From the human T2T-CHM13v2.0 reference genome, Homo sapiens, in NCBI RefSeq assembly GCF_009914755.1, contig NC_060928.1: a stretch of DNA of 64,000 nt, one strand, 5' to 3'. The notes under the pieces were generated by a model, which ran no database searches, was not told the DNA's origin, and was given only the letters and a program-made list of their open reading frames with translations. The position numbers and the translations under genes are program-made. Numbering within the stretch: the stretch's first letter is position 1; the number at the start of each line of letters is the position of its first letter. Below, one piece after another: positions 37,192 through 50,270 of the stretch.

Positions 37192-37832
37192 TCTGGTCTG
37201 GATTATTAAGATTTACCCTTAAATATTAAAATAATATACCCTTAAATTATTGCTCTTGTATAGGTACAGTATAATATTAACTTGATTATATTTGTCATTT
37301 GGATTGTAGAAATGATAACCCAGCATGGTTTCATCTGCTAGATGTTTGTCAGTACCTGGCAAATAACAACGCTTGAGTGCAAGCCCTGGACTTATTGCTT
37401 GGGTTTGAATCTCAGCTCTACATTTTGAGGAAACTGTACCTCAGTTTCCTTATCTATAAAATGGGGATAGTAATCTGAAGTTATGTGTATTCATAGCTGT
37501 GAGGGTAGGGCCTTAGCATATAGTAACTTCTTAATTATTAGTTATTTTTTAGAAATTTGTTTTTCCCTCTAGACTTTTTCTTTTTCCTCCCTTATAAAGT
37601 GGAGATAAAAATTAACCCACACAATAGCATTGTTGTGAATATTTAATACAATTGAATATATGGAAGGCACTTTGAACAGTGGCTAGGACATTGTACATAC
37701 AGTGTTAGTATACACTGTTGTTATTCTGTCAATATCATTTTTAGCGAATCAAAGAATTGAAGCCACCTATTCCTAGTTTCTAGGGGTTCAAACACATTTT
37801 ACTTCTTATTTTATAGCCTTCTCTTTCACCAG

Positions 37833-37957
37833 GCAGAGGTTATAATGTATTTACTTATTTCCCTTTGGGGACATAGTGGGATGCAGGGAGGATCAAGATT
37901 TCCTGAAAAAAACTTCAAGCAGGTTTGAGTGGAGGGGGATTTACATGATCCTGGAAG
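37833..37957 (+). other. Candidate 125-nt exon (non-coding?)
   Basis: Acceptor cttcttattttatagccttctctttcaccag|, donor GAAG|gtgagc. Confidence 0.3.
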
Positions 37958-39139
37958 GTGAGCTGTGCAAGGAAAATGACTCCTCAAGGTACACCACCTC
38001 CAAAAGACCTGTGCACACATCCTCTACATTGGTGATGAACCCATCACATGACCTAGCCCCCACTGCATTTTCTGGTACCACTTGCTTTTTGATTATGCAG
38101 AGAAGTAGCTGATCCCCAGATTATAGTGTTTACTGTCTCCAACAGACATTAGCAATCTGTTGGAAAGATGCTAACAAAAGTAATCAATAGAGCAAAGAAA
38201 GATGAACCACTGAAAAGAATATAATTAGATGGTAGAAGTCACCTTAAATATATTGTGGTTGCATAATTATAGAATTGTCTGACTAAATTTAAAGTTAGTT
38301 AAATCATAGATGGAGTATATTCAAAGAATATCTGGCACATAGTGAAAACTGAATAACTTAAATGAATGAATGATTATGTTATAAAAATGCTTACTAACAT
38401 CGATTACATGCTATCAATGAAAACCATTAAAAGCCATGCTTTGATTATTCTAAGAATGAAGAGATTTTTCAGTACTTTGAAATATCTGTCAAAGTTGTTT
38501 CCCTAAATACTTAGTACTGAATTTCATAATGTTGTGGTGACCTGGGGGAATTTGTAATTGGAAGAGCATAGATTTAGAGCAAAGGAGAGCAGGCTGAAAT
38601 CATACTCTTGAATTAAGAGAGCAATCTGAGTATTAAGTATTCAAGATCTAATGGAGCTGAAATGACAGTCTATGACAATGCCTTGTGTAATTGTTTGTCA
38701 TTATGTCTGATAATGCTGTAAGGGCTTATTTGATTCTAAGGCTTTGCAGTAGAAAGAGCACTGGATTTGGAGTCAAAGAGACCTAGGTTCACAGGCATAA
38801 CATACACACTAGGGTGCCATTCATACAGACTATAGTATGCATGATCCTTCATGGAGTCAATCAAAGAGAGGATTCAAATCCTCACATTGCTATCTACTAG
38901 CTCAGTGACACAAAGCAAGTTAATTAACCTCTCTCTGAGTTTAGTTTCCTCTGCTACTAGCATGAGCACTGATTTGGATAACCCAGTATTATGTACGATA
39001 TCTAGGTTAGTGTCTTGTTCAGATTTAGTGGGGTTTTTTTCCATATTGCTACTTGTTGATTAATTATGGGAAGGCATTGACTCTGGATGGGTGTCAATAT
39101 GGACATTGTTTTCATCTGGATATTTTGCCTCATCTAAGA

Positions 39140-39385
39140 AGCAGTTTTGCAGAGTGTAATGGTTAAACACATACACCCTGGGCTCAGACCACCTGGGTTC
39201 ACATTCCGGTTCTGTCATCTAACCAGCTATGTGAACTCAAGTGAGCCAAATAGCTCCCTCTTCAAATGTGGGTAATGGTAATACCTACATCATATGGGTG
39301 TTAGGAGGATTAAATGATTAATATTTGGAAAGTACTTGGGACAGCTCCTGATATATATACTTACCATCACATAGCTATCTGTTAA
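39140..39385 (+). mobile_element. MIR SINE
   Basis: gtgtaatggttaa...cagaccacctgggttcacattccggttctg...taatacctacatcatatgggtgttaggaggattaaatga. Confidence 0.8.
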
Positions 39386-39682
39386 AATAAAACCAGAGGA
39401 ACTCAGAGAACTGAAGAATACTGTAGTAACTTGGAGAAATTTGTGACTTACTGTGTGGAATGTGTAGGTACTGCGTTTTCCTAACAACACACGCTGTTTG
39501 AATTAATAGCATTGCATGGCATCTTGATCCATCACCATCAGGACATGGAATTTAAATTATTTTGCCAGTTTTTTCACAGACATTCTCATGCTATCAAAGT
39601 TCAAGCATTAATGAAAATGGTGAGCTGAATCATGATTTCAGTCTGTGAAAATAAGACAAAAACAAAAATAAATAACCAAGGG

Positions 39683-39994
39683 GGCTAGGCATGGTGGCTC
39701 ACGTCTGTAATTCCAACACTTTGAGGTGGGCAGATTGCTTGAGCCCAGGAGTTTGAGACCAGCCTGGGCCACATGGCAAAACTCTGTTTCTACCAAACAA
39801 AAACAAAAACAAAAAAAAAGCTTGATGTGGTGGCCCACGCATGTAGTCCCAGCTACCCTGAAGGCTGAGGCAGGAGGACTGCTTGAGACCCCAGGAGGTG
39901 GAGTTTGCAAGAGATTGTGCTACCACACTCCTACTGCACTCCAGCCTAGGTGACAGAGCAAGATCCTGTCTCAAAATAATAAATAAATAAATAA
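39683..39994 (+). mobile_element. AluJ with TSD
   Basis: ggctaggcatggtggctcac...gcttgagcccaggagtttgagaccagcc...(aaat)n tail; aaccaaggg on both flanks. Confidence 0.9.
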
Positions 39995-40938
39995 AACCAA
40001 GGGGATTAATCGTTTTTCTTTTGAATTGAGGTGTAGTTGGTTGATATGCACCTCTTTATCTTCATTGGTCTTTGTAAGAATGTATGTATGTACATATGAA
40101 TACAGGTTTACATATGTGAATGTGTTATATGTATGAATCTATGTATGTTTGTATTTATTTTCTTTCACTTTCAATAATTCTCTCCCTTCCCCTTTTTCTG
40201 TTTGGTAACTATTGTAATATACTCCATGTGTATATTTTTGTTTGAATGTGTATTGTTGTTCTGTGTATATTTATAATTTTCATAAAGCTTATTGTGCAAT
40301 GTATAGTTCACTTCATTCTTTAATTTTCTTGTCCTCATTGCTTGCTTTTGAGAGTGATCCATGTTGCTCTATGTCCATCTTGCTTCTAATGGCTGCAAGT
40401 GCTCCAGGAGTTACATCTGTCACATTTTACCTACAGGGATTGCTTCCAACTTCCTGCCACAATGAACAACCTCATCCATAGTCCCTGATAGATCTGCCAG
40501 CCTGAGAATTTCCTCTAGAACTCTGAAGTTGTTGTTCTATTGTCTTTTAGTATCCAATGGAGTTAATGAGAATTCTGATAATAATTTAATGATCACTTAT
40601 TTATAGATATGAAAAAAGCCCTCTTTTCTAAAATATTCAGGGGTGGTACTTGGTTAGTTAATTGAAAAATTATTTAAACTGGGCATCTGTAAAAATCACA
40701 TCTAATGTAAAGATCTGTTTCAATTGCAAATGTTTAAGTGTACCTTTATAGGCCTTTTTTTTTTTTTTTTGCTTAACCTAAGATCAAGGCTTTTGTTTTG
40801 CTGCCTGTCTGTATGTGTTTACTTTTGGTTTTGTTTTAGTATAGATCTACTTTTGGAATTCATTTTTATGTTTCTGATGTAAACAACTGCTGAATGCCCT
40901 ATGTGTTTTCCTATGTCACTTTCTTCGAAGTAAAATAA

Positions 40939-41281
<343 letters not shown>

Positions 41282-42159
41282 TTTTCACATTTTTAAGTTT
41301 TCTTTCTTTTACAGTTGTTCCGCCAATACTACTTAGCTTTATCAAGTATTTCCAAAGCATTCAACTTAGTTTTCAGAGTAATGACTGCTCTTTCTTTTTA
41401 CCCTTACATTTTATTAGTTTAAATATGTAGCCTATAGTTACACAAAATGAATCAGATGAAACTGCAAACTTGATGTTGTTGTTTTCATTTTCATTTGGAG
41501 AGGTCCTATTGTTAATCGTAGTTTCTGGGCCTCAGGCTTTTTTAACTTCAGTTACTTGGGAGATTGGGGCCTAGAAGCCATGCTTTGATATTTTCAATAA
41601 GCATAAAACAGTGCTTGGAACTTTAAAGGGACAGTAGATATGGAAAGCATATCCTACATTGCAAAGAGTTATATGTATCTAAGATGGTTTTAAGTTCTGT
41701 GTCTATATTGTCCTCACTATAACCTCAGTGTTTGGCCTCCACACATCTGGAGTCCCAGATCAACATTTGTTCAATAATGAATGAATTAAAACCTGGAGAG
41801 AGTATAAGTGTGATTTCTGATGTTATCCTATGTCACCTTAAACATTTTGGTATTGCATACCGTATATAAAGGATGCCTCTGGGTGATTGAATTTGAAATA
41901 GAAACTCAAGGAATATTTTGCTTTTCTAACAAAAGAGGGGTTCTACTCGTGTTTTCTCTACATTGATGATGTTGACACCTAATATTGGCGTTGATACAAT
42001 GTTTTTTGTGCAGATTTTTTTGGTACATAATTTGTTGCTGATTGACTATTTTGGTTTTGGATAATGCATGAGAAAAATGAAATTAGAATTCGTTTTTATT
42101 CTATATACTGAGAAAAAAACTAATAGATAGATAGCTGGATATATCCAAAAAACTCACAT

Positions 42160-42480
42160 TCTTATTTATTTACTCATTCAACAAATATTTATTATTATTT
42201 TACTATGTGTCAGTCACTGTGATAAAAACATTGACAAAGTTACTGTCTTTGTGGAGTTTACATTTTATTCAAGTGGGAGCTAAATAAATTAAAAAGTTGC
42301 CAATAAGTGAACAAATATAAACATTATATACTCTGATAAGGGTTAGAAAAAAATAGTCTGCAAAGATAAAGAGTAATGGGGAACTGTGGTCTGGATCATC
42401 TGGGATGGTTTCTCTGAAGAGGTGACATTTGTACTGAGACTGGAAGGATAAGGAGAAACCAGGCTTTGAGAGACTGGGGA
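42160..42480 (-). mobile_element. L2 3' region
   Basis: cattcaacaaatatttatt...tactatgtgtcagtcactgtg...ctctgaagaggtgacatttg. Confidence 0.75.
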
Positions 42481-43163
42481 CAGCCACACTCACAGAGAAA
42501 ATCTCAATTTTAGGTGTTCTGAGTCTACCGTTAATTGCTTCAAGGATGTTCTGAGGCATATAAAATCTTTATAGATAACCTATTTTTTTAAAATAAAAAG
42601 AAATGATGCCAGTGGAGATATTCCCAAATACTGAAGCAATGTAGGATTTATGCAAACACCAACCACACCCTTCCTCTGCAAAACGACTTAACAGAAATGT
42701 TTTCATGATGATTTTTCTCTTAAAGGATCTTGTCTGTAACGTGACATCCTCTCCACCCTTAAAAAAATATGTAGCTTAGTAAAGGGAAAAAAAAAAGAGA
42801 GAAACTAAGTTTAAAGAAACAAAATATGAGCGGTCAATTTTAAGAATCGGGATAATTCATTCTTAGAAGATTAGGACCAGTTCCCTAGTTTGTGGATGAT
42901 TCTGTTCTGTGGATTCTTACTTTTTCTCCTGCCACCCTCCTTTTGATTATTGCACTGCTAATTAGCACTTCTATTAAGCAGTCCAGAAGAGGAGAATAAT
43001 CAATCAAGGAAAGGAGTTTCCATTTAAGGTTTGGTGGGTGAGAAGTTAAATCTATTGGCAAAAATCAGCTTATTTTCAGATTCTCTGTGGATTTCCTTTA
43101 TCTATGTTATTTCTGTCCCCAATAGCATAGACCAACATAAGCTGATTATACTGTATAACATGA

Positions 43164-43165
<2 letters not shown>

Positions 43166-43210
<45 letters not shown>
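43166..43210. repeat. (AC)n microsatellite
   Basis: Direct reading. Confidence 0.97.
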
Positions 43211-43213
<3 letters not shown>

Positions 43214-43684
43214 CTAAAGGTTTTTGGAGCATGGGCATATTTAAACTAAAACCTCTGGATGACAAATTTAGTTAAGTGATGCAATTTGAAGAGTGTTGAG
43301 GCGATGCTAGTAATAAAAACAAAGAAACATATGTATATTGTTGTCTGCAGCCACAGTTTAACACCTCGCAGTAAGGGATTCTTCACATCCCAGAAGTAGC
43401 TACCCTGCATCTTAAACAGTATGCTAGGTTAGATTCTTGCCCGTTTGCTGTTCCTGATAATGCCCTTTAACTCACACAACTGAGCTGTTGTTAGTTAGGA
43501 TCTACGGCCACAGAAATAGTATGTCTGAAATAAACATAAATATGAGTAAAATCCAGGCATACCCCCTAAATCATGCCCTTCACTTCCTTCCTGTTTGTAA
43601 ATCTTTTGTAAGCCTTCAACTTTTTTTCTTTTTAAGCTTGTAGCCATTTCTTTTTGAATGACTCTTAGCTTACTGTGTTTCCAG

Positions 43685-43750
43685 GGGTTGAGGAGCCATG
43701 TATCTGTGGGATACTCGAGGAAAAGCGGAATCTAAGACCAGGTTCCATGG
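43685..43750 (+). other. Candidate 66-nt exon
   Basis: Acceptor cttactgtgtttccag|, donor ATGG|gtaggt; purine-rich with CpGs. Confidence 0.3.
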
Positions 43751-44337
43751 GTAGGTCAGAAAAGGACACAGAGAGAGATTGTGTGTCCTTGGTGGAGATG
43801 GGCTTGTGCTGAACTTGCAAAATGTATGAGTTCAGTGTCATCTGTTTTCAGTATTTCCTGAACAATTGATTTATTCCACATTATTAATGAACTTTGCAGC
43901 AGTTCCACTTGTCAGAGCCTACTCTGTAGGGGTCAATAATGAGAGGAAACCTGATGTTAGTGAATCCAGCTTAAGTGATTCTGTCATGCTAACAATTCAA
44001 TATATCAGGACAAATGTCAGCTCCTTCCAATATGTTAATTCCTCTGATCCTATTTGCATAAACTACAGTCAATGAAATACAAGCTCCCCCTCTAAGGTAG
44101 TTAATGGAGATTTGTAAAGGATTTTTAATTTACTTTTTTTTGGTCTTCTCCAACATAAATTTTTGAGTTGAAAAAGGGACAGAGAAAGCAAGGATCACAG
44201 ATTGGGAAGAGGATGTAAAACATTACAAAAGCTCAAATATAAAGAAATATAAAATCTATGGGTATAATTTAGCCGTTTCTTAAGAATTCTGTATATTCAC
44301 AATTACTTCTTCCAAAAGGAATAATTTCTTTTTAAAG

Positions 44338-44381
44338 AAACTTGGGAACAAAGCATTGATGAATTCTTCTTACATTTTGAG
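44338..44381 (+). other. Candidate exon (alternative acceptor at 44319)
   Basis: Strong donor GAG|gtgagt at 44381/44382; acceptors ttctttttaaag| (44337) and cttcttccaaaag| (44318). Confidence 0.3.
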
Positions 44382-45695
44382 GTGAGTTTTCAGTTTCGCT
44401 GGTTTCCTGAAGTAAATCACAAGTTCATTAGTTTTCCCAAAGGACATTAAATCTGGGTTTCTGATCTCTTCTATTAACCCATAATATCTCCCTGAGACCA
44501 TTTACATATGATAGCAATGCTTATTTTAGAAGTACCACTTTTTTTACTTTCAAATTCATGGTGCATAATACATCACAATTTAAAATTAAGATTAAGAAAT
44601 CAGATTTTTTTTTTCTTGGAGGAAACACATAGTTATCTGATTTATCCAGTAAAGCCATTTCCTTTTTTTATTTTTATTTTTAAAAAAACAAGCTTTCAGG
44701 AATTTATTTGCTTTCTATATATAATTATTTGCATTATTGGCAACTGTAATTTTTATTTATACTGCAAACATCTCTCTGTCTACCAGTTTCCTTGGTTTTT
44801 GTTTTGCAGTGTGGCTCAACACTTTACTTCTCCACTCACAACCTTTCATATAGACTACTTTATTTATGTAAACTTGGTAGAGATTTGAAAACCCAAAATA
44901 GATATTGAATTTTAGATATAGACATTTGCTTAAGTAGTTTTTTTTTGGTCTCCTGCACAATCCCTAAGGTGTTTTTCAGTCTTAATTGTGAGATAACAAT
45001 GATATAGGGATTGGCAGTGAGCATCATCAATCAACAAAGAGCATAGTAGCAATAATGGGCTTCATCTTCAATTTTTACGCAAGTGCTTACCTGCTATCAG
45101 CCTGGTGATTTGTCCATTTATCTATTTTTTAGGGTCAAGATGAGTTTAATAAAGTTATCCAAATCATTACCGTTATCTACGTTGCTATGTTTCATCTTCT
45201 CTTCTCCACTTAGCTTAAATATGCAGAGCCTAGTACTTTGAAAATTAGTACAATGAATTGTTCAGACCATATTTTGCTCATCATTTTCACTAATACCATA
45301 AAATTGGATTAATATTTTTACTTGTCACCACCTATAATAAGTAGGTAAGAGTATTTTCTAAAGACATCTGTACAATGTGAATGAGATAATAGTGGTCCAG
45401 GGTCATAGCTGTAGTCAGTAAGTGAGGGGTTATCAGACCGTCAACTTTCTAAAGATAGTTTCTGATGTGTGAATAAGGGAAGCATTTTGTTGAGTAACTT
45501 TAAAGAGTTCATTTATCCTACGTATTTCACCTTCATGAGCCAGTTATATTTTAAACTCCATGAGAATGAAGACTGGTTTTCCTTTGTTTCAACATGATGC
45601 TGAACATGAGGCCATGTGATATAGTAAATAATGTCTATATGTCTTATAGAATTTTCCAGAGGATAAAGAATCTTTGTGCAGCCCTGGTGCTGTCC

Positions 45696-48520
45696 TTTTT
45701 TAAAAAACCACTTTATTGAGGTATGATTGACACTAAAAAAGCTGTACATGTTTAATGTATACAAGTTGATGAGTTTGAAGATAAGTACACACTATGAAAT
45801 GATTGCCACCATCTATGACATAAACATATTCATCCACCTCCCAAAGTCCCCCCATCCTTTACCTATTATTATTATCTCTGTGTGGTGTATATGACAAAAA
45901 CAGTTAATGTAAGATCTATTCTCTTAGCAAAATTTTAAGTATGTTTTACAGTATCTTTAACTATAAGCACTATGCTCTACAGCTGATCTCTAGGACTTAT
46001 TCATCTCACATAACTGAAAGTCTGTATCCTATGACCAATGTCTCTCTGTTTACCCCTCCTCTCAGCCCTTGGCAGCTATCATTCTACTCTCTGCTTCTAT
46101 GATTCCTATTTTAGATACCTTAGATAAGTGGTATCATGAAGTATTTGTGTTTCTGCATCTGGCTTATATAACTTGGCTTAATGTCCTCCAGTTTCATGTA
46201 CATTGTGGATGAAAATGGCAGGATTTAATTCTTAAATTTTTAAGACTGATCAGTATTTTATTGTATGTACATAGCACATTTTCTTTATTCATGTATCTGT
46301 TGATGGACATTTAGGTTGCTTCCATGTCTTAGCTATTGTGAGTAATGCTGCAATGCACATGGAAGTGCAGATATCTCTTTGACGTGCTGATTATAAATCT
46401 TTTGGATTTATACCGAGAAGTGAAACTGCTGGATCATATGGTAGTTCTATTTTTAATTGCTTGAGGAAACGCCATACTGTTTCCATAGTGGTTGCACCAA
46501 TTTATGCTCCTCCCAACGGTGTACAGGAATTCCCTTTTTTCCACATTCTTGTCAACACTTATTATCTTTTGATAATGGCCATTATAACAGGTGGGATGTA
46601 ATATCTCTTAGTGGTTTTCATATGCATTATGTGTGTATTGGATAATAATTTGCTTGAATTCTTTATATATTTTGGATATTAACCTTTTATTAGATATATG
46701 ATTTGCAAATATATTCTCTTATTCCATAGGTTGCATTTTCATTTTGCTGATTGTTTCTTTTGCTATGCATAAACCTGTAAGTTTGAAGTGGTTCCACTTG
46801 TTTATTTTTGCTTTTGTTGCCTTTAATTTTGGTGTCAAATCCAAAAAATCATTGCCAGAACCAATGTCATGAAACTTTTCCCTATGTTTTCTTCTAGGAG
46901 TTTTATGATTTCAGGTTTTATATTTAAGTCTTTAGACAATTTTGAGTTGATTTTTTGTGTATGGTGTAAAGTAAGCATCCAATTTCTTTTCTTTTCTTTT
47001 CTGTTTTTGCATGTGGTTATAGTTTCCCCCATTTGAAGAAATTGTCCTTTCCCCATTGTGTGTTCTTGGCACCTTTGTTAAAGATTAGTTGACCATATAT
47101 GCATGGGTTTATTTCTGGGTCTTCTGTTTCACTGGGCTGTGTGTTTGCTTTTACGTCATTATCATATTGGTTTGATTATTGTAGCTTTGTAATATAACTT
47201 GAAATCAGGAAGTATAATGCCTACAGCTTTGTTCCTTTTAGTCAAAATTGCTTTCGTTATTTGGGGTCTTTTGTCATCCCATACAAATTTTAAGATTGTT
47301 TTTTCTATTTCTGTGAAAATGCCATTGGGATTTCAATAGGGATTGGATTGAATCTGTACGTTATTTTGGGTAGTATAAACATTTTAACAATATTAATTCT
47401 TCTGATTCACAAATATGGGACATTATTTCATTTATTTGTGTCTTCAACTTTTAAAATCAGTGTTTTATGGTTTTCAGCATGCAGATATTTCACCTTCTTG
47501 GTTCAACTTATTTCTGAGTATTTTATTTTTTGGATGTTATTGTAAATGAGATTGCTTTTTAAATTTCCTTTTCAGATAGTTTGCTGTTAGTGTGTAGAAG
47601 CACAACTAATTTTTGCATACTGATTTTGTATCTGCAACTTTGTTGCATTTGTTTATGAGTTCTAACATGTTTATCTTTGTCTATATATTTACCTTTTACC
47701 AGTGAGTTTCATACCTTTCATATCCTTTCATATTTAATGGTTTTTTTTTTTGTTTCAACTTGAGTAACTCCCTTTAGCACTTCTTGTAAAGCGTATGTAG
47801 TGATGACAAACTCCCTTAGTTTTTGTTTGTCTGGGAAATCCTTTATCTCTCTTTTATTTTTAAAGGACTTTTTCCAGGTATAGATTTTATGGTTGGGAGT
47901 TTCCTTCTTTCCACACTTTTAATATGTCATCCCACTTTCCTGGTCTGGGAGGTGTTTGCTGAGAAATTCACTGATAGTCTTGTGGTTTCCTTATATGTGA
48001 TGAGTCACTTTTTTCTTGCTGCTTTCAAAATTCTTTGTTTCTGAATTTGACAATCTAATTATAATGTGTTTGATATAGACAACTTTAGGTTTAATTCACT
48101 TGGTACCTTTTCGGTTTCATGAATTTAGATAGTCCTCTCTCTCCCCAGATTTGGGAAGTTTTCAGCTATTTCTTTAAATAGAATTCTTCCCTTTTCTCTC
48201 TCTCTCCTCCTAAAATGATCATAATTCATATATTTGTTCACTTGATCATATCCCTTACATATTATAGGCTTCCTTCACCATTTTCATTCTTTTTTTCTTT
48301 TTCACTCCTGTGAGTAGATATTTCAAATGACCTGCCGTTGAGTTCACCAATTCTTTCTTCTGCTTGATCAAGTCAGTCTGCTGCCGAAGCTCTCTCTTAA
48401 ATGTTTCAGTTGAGTCACTGCATTCTTCAGTTTTAAGTTTTCTGTTTGCTTGTTTTTTCTGATTTCTGCTTCTTTGTTGAACTCATTTTGTTCATGTATT
48501 GTTTTTCTGATTCCATTTAG

Positions 48521-48561
<41 letters not shown>

Positions 48562-49345
48562 AAATTTATATCTATATCTATGTTCGTTTGTAGCTCACTG
48601 AGGTTCTTTAATTTTGAATTCTTTGCCAGGCAGTTTGTGGATCTCTATTTCTTTAGTACTGTTTACTACAGCTTTGTTTTTTTCCTTTGATAGTATTATG
48701 TTTTCTTGATTCTTCATGATCTTTGTAGATAAAAATGTATTGATACCTGCATGTTGTAGAAGCAGTTACCTCTTCCGGTCTTTCTGACTAGCTTCAGCAG
48801 GAAAAGTCTTTCATCAATCAGCCTAACCAGAGATTCTAGGTGTGCCTGTAGCCTAGGTCCATGAGCAGGCAGGACTGCTGCCAGGAGCAGTGGGCCAGCT
48901 ATTGAGTTCTGTGTGCTGGTTGTTGAGAGCCTCTGTCTCTTTTCTTTGTTTTTAGCTACCCTAGGTGATTTAGTCATACTGATTCCCTCACTGCTGTGGG
49001 TGAGGCACAACTAAATTGGACCTCTCAGTGTCCTGAAAGGTTGGGGAAGTTGGATATCCACTTCAATCTCTCCTTCCCCTATGGGAGAGCTTGTGGGACA
49101 AAGGTATTTCTCTCAGCACTGTACCATGCTGGCTTGGGTGGAGAGGTGATGTGGGTAAAGTGAAACTATTCTTCTTAGCCTTCTAAATGTGTATTTTTTC
49201 TCATTCTTGTGCTTCACCTAGGTGCTGTAACCTCTCCCTGGGATACTGGAGCTCTTTTATTTTCAACTGTGAATGGTTGTTAAATCAATGTTTCTGTGGG
49301 GGTATGAGGGCTGGTACTTCCTATTTTACCATCTTGCCATTACTT
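45696..49345 (-). mobile_element. Old L1 (L1MA9-like 3' end) with ORF2 3' part, ORF1 and 5' region
   Basis: 3'UTR ctttattgaggtatgattgaca...; ORF2p remnant TQKINSKLSKDLNIKPEIIKLLEENIG; ORF1-type sequence after about 47680. Confidence 0.85.
48522..48554. repeat. (TG)n microsatellite inside the L1
   Basis: Direct reading. Confidence 0.95.
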
Positions 49346-50039
49346 TCTGCATCTTTTTTTTTTTTTGTCTAATAATTTGTTAAAGACAGGAAAACAATCT
49401 TCAAATTGGAATTGGTATTTATCAGTTTGACTCAGAAACTCAGTTGATTTGAAAGTTAGATCTTACCTTTGCTACTAAAATACATATTAACTTTAGCAGA
49501 TTTAGGTCACTATTGTGTTGGAAGAAACACTTAAGTAATCTGGAGGCTCCCTTTGGCTTGCCGTTCCTTGTCATGTCTTCAGGATTTCCTCTCCAAGCTT
49601 TCCAGGCTTGCTTTGTTATTCTCTTTCATCTGTTATATCCTGGCAGTGCCAGATTCTCTGAGTGCTGATTGGTCAGCTTACTCTTCTGATAACCAGACTC
49701 AGTCTAAAATTCTACCATGCTAATCGGAGAGAACATAAAACTTCATCTCTTCTCTTGATACCAACTGTCTTGTATGAGAGACCTTGTGGAGACTATGTTC
49801 TTTAGTGTGTGTGTGTGTTTTATAATTTCATATGGTACAAGTGAGAAGACAACTCTATTAGATGTCAGAAGGAGTGAATTTGGTGTCTTCTGTTAACAAT
49901 TACTACTAGTGCTTGATTTTGGAAAATTTCATTGTCTTTCTGATTATTTCTTCCTCTTCTAAATTGGTAGGATCAAATGAGAAAGCATATGTGTAAAAGC
50001 TATGCAAACTGTGAAGTGCTCTTCCAAAAAAAGGCTCTA

Positions 50040-50270
50040 TCTTGTTTTATTTTTTTGCTTTTATCTTTTCTTCTATTCCTTTCTTCTCCCCCTCACCTGC
50101 TTTCTCCCTTCCTCCCTCTCTTTATTCCTTCCTTCTCTTTTTCCTCTTTATTTCTTTCATTCTTTTCACGTCTTTCATCTTCCCCCCATTCCTTACTCTC
50201 TTTCAGTCAAACTTTCTTTCTTTTCATAGCCCTTCTATTCTTCTTACCCTTCACCTTCACACTTCAATCC
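50040..50270. repeat. CT-rich polypyrimidine tract
   Basis: About 230 bp that is strongly T/C on the + strand. Confidence 0.85.
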
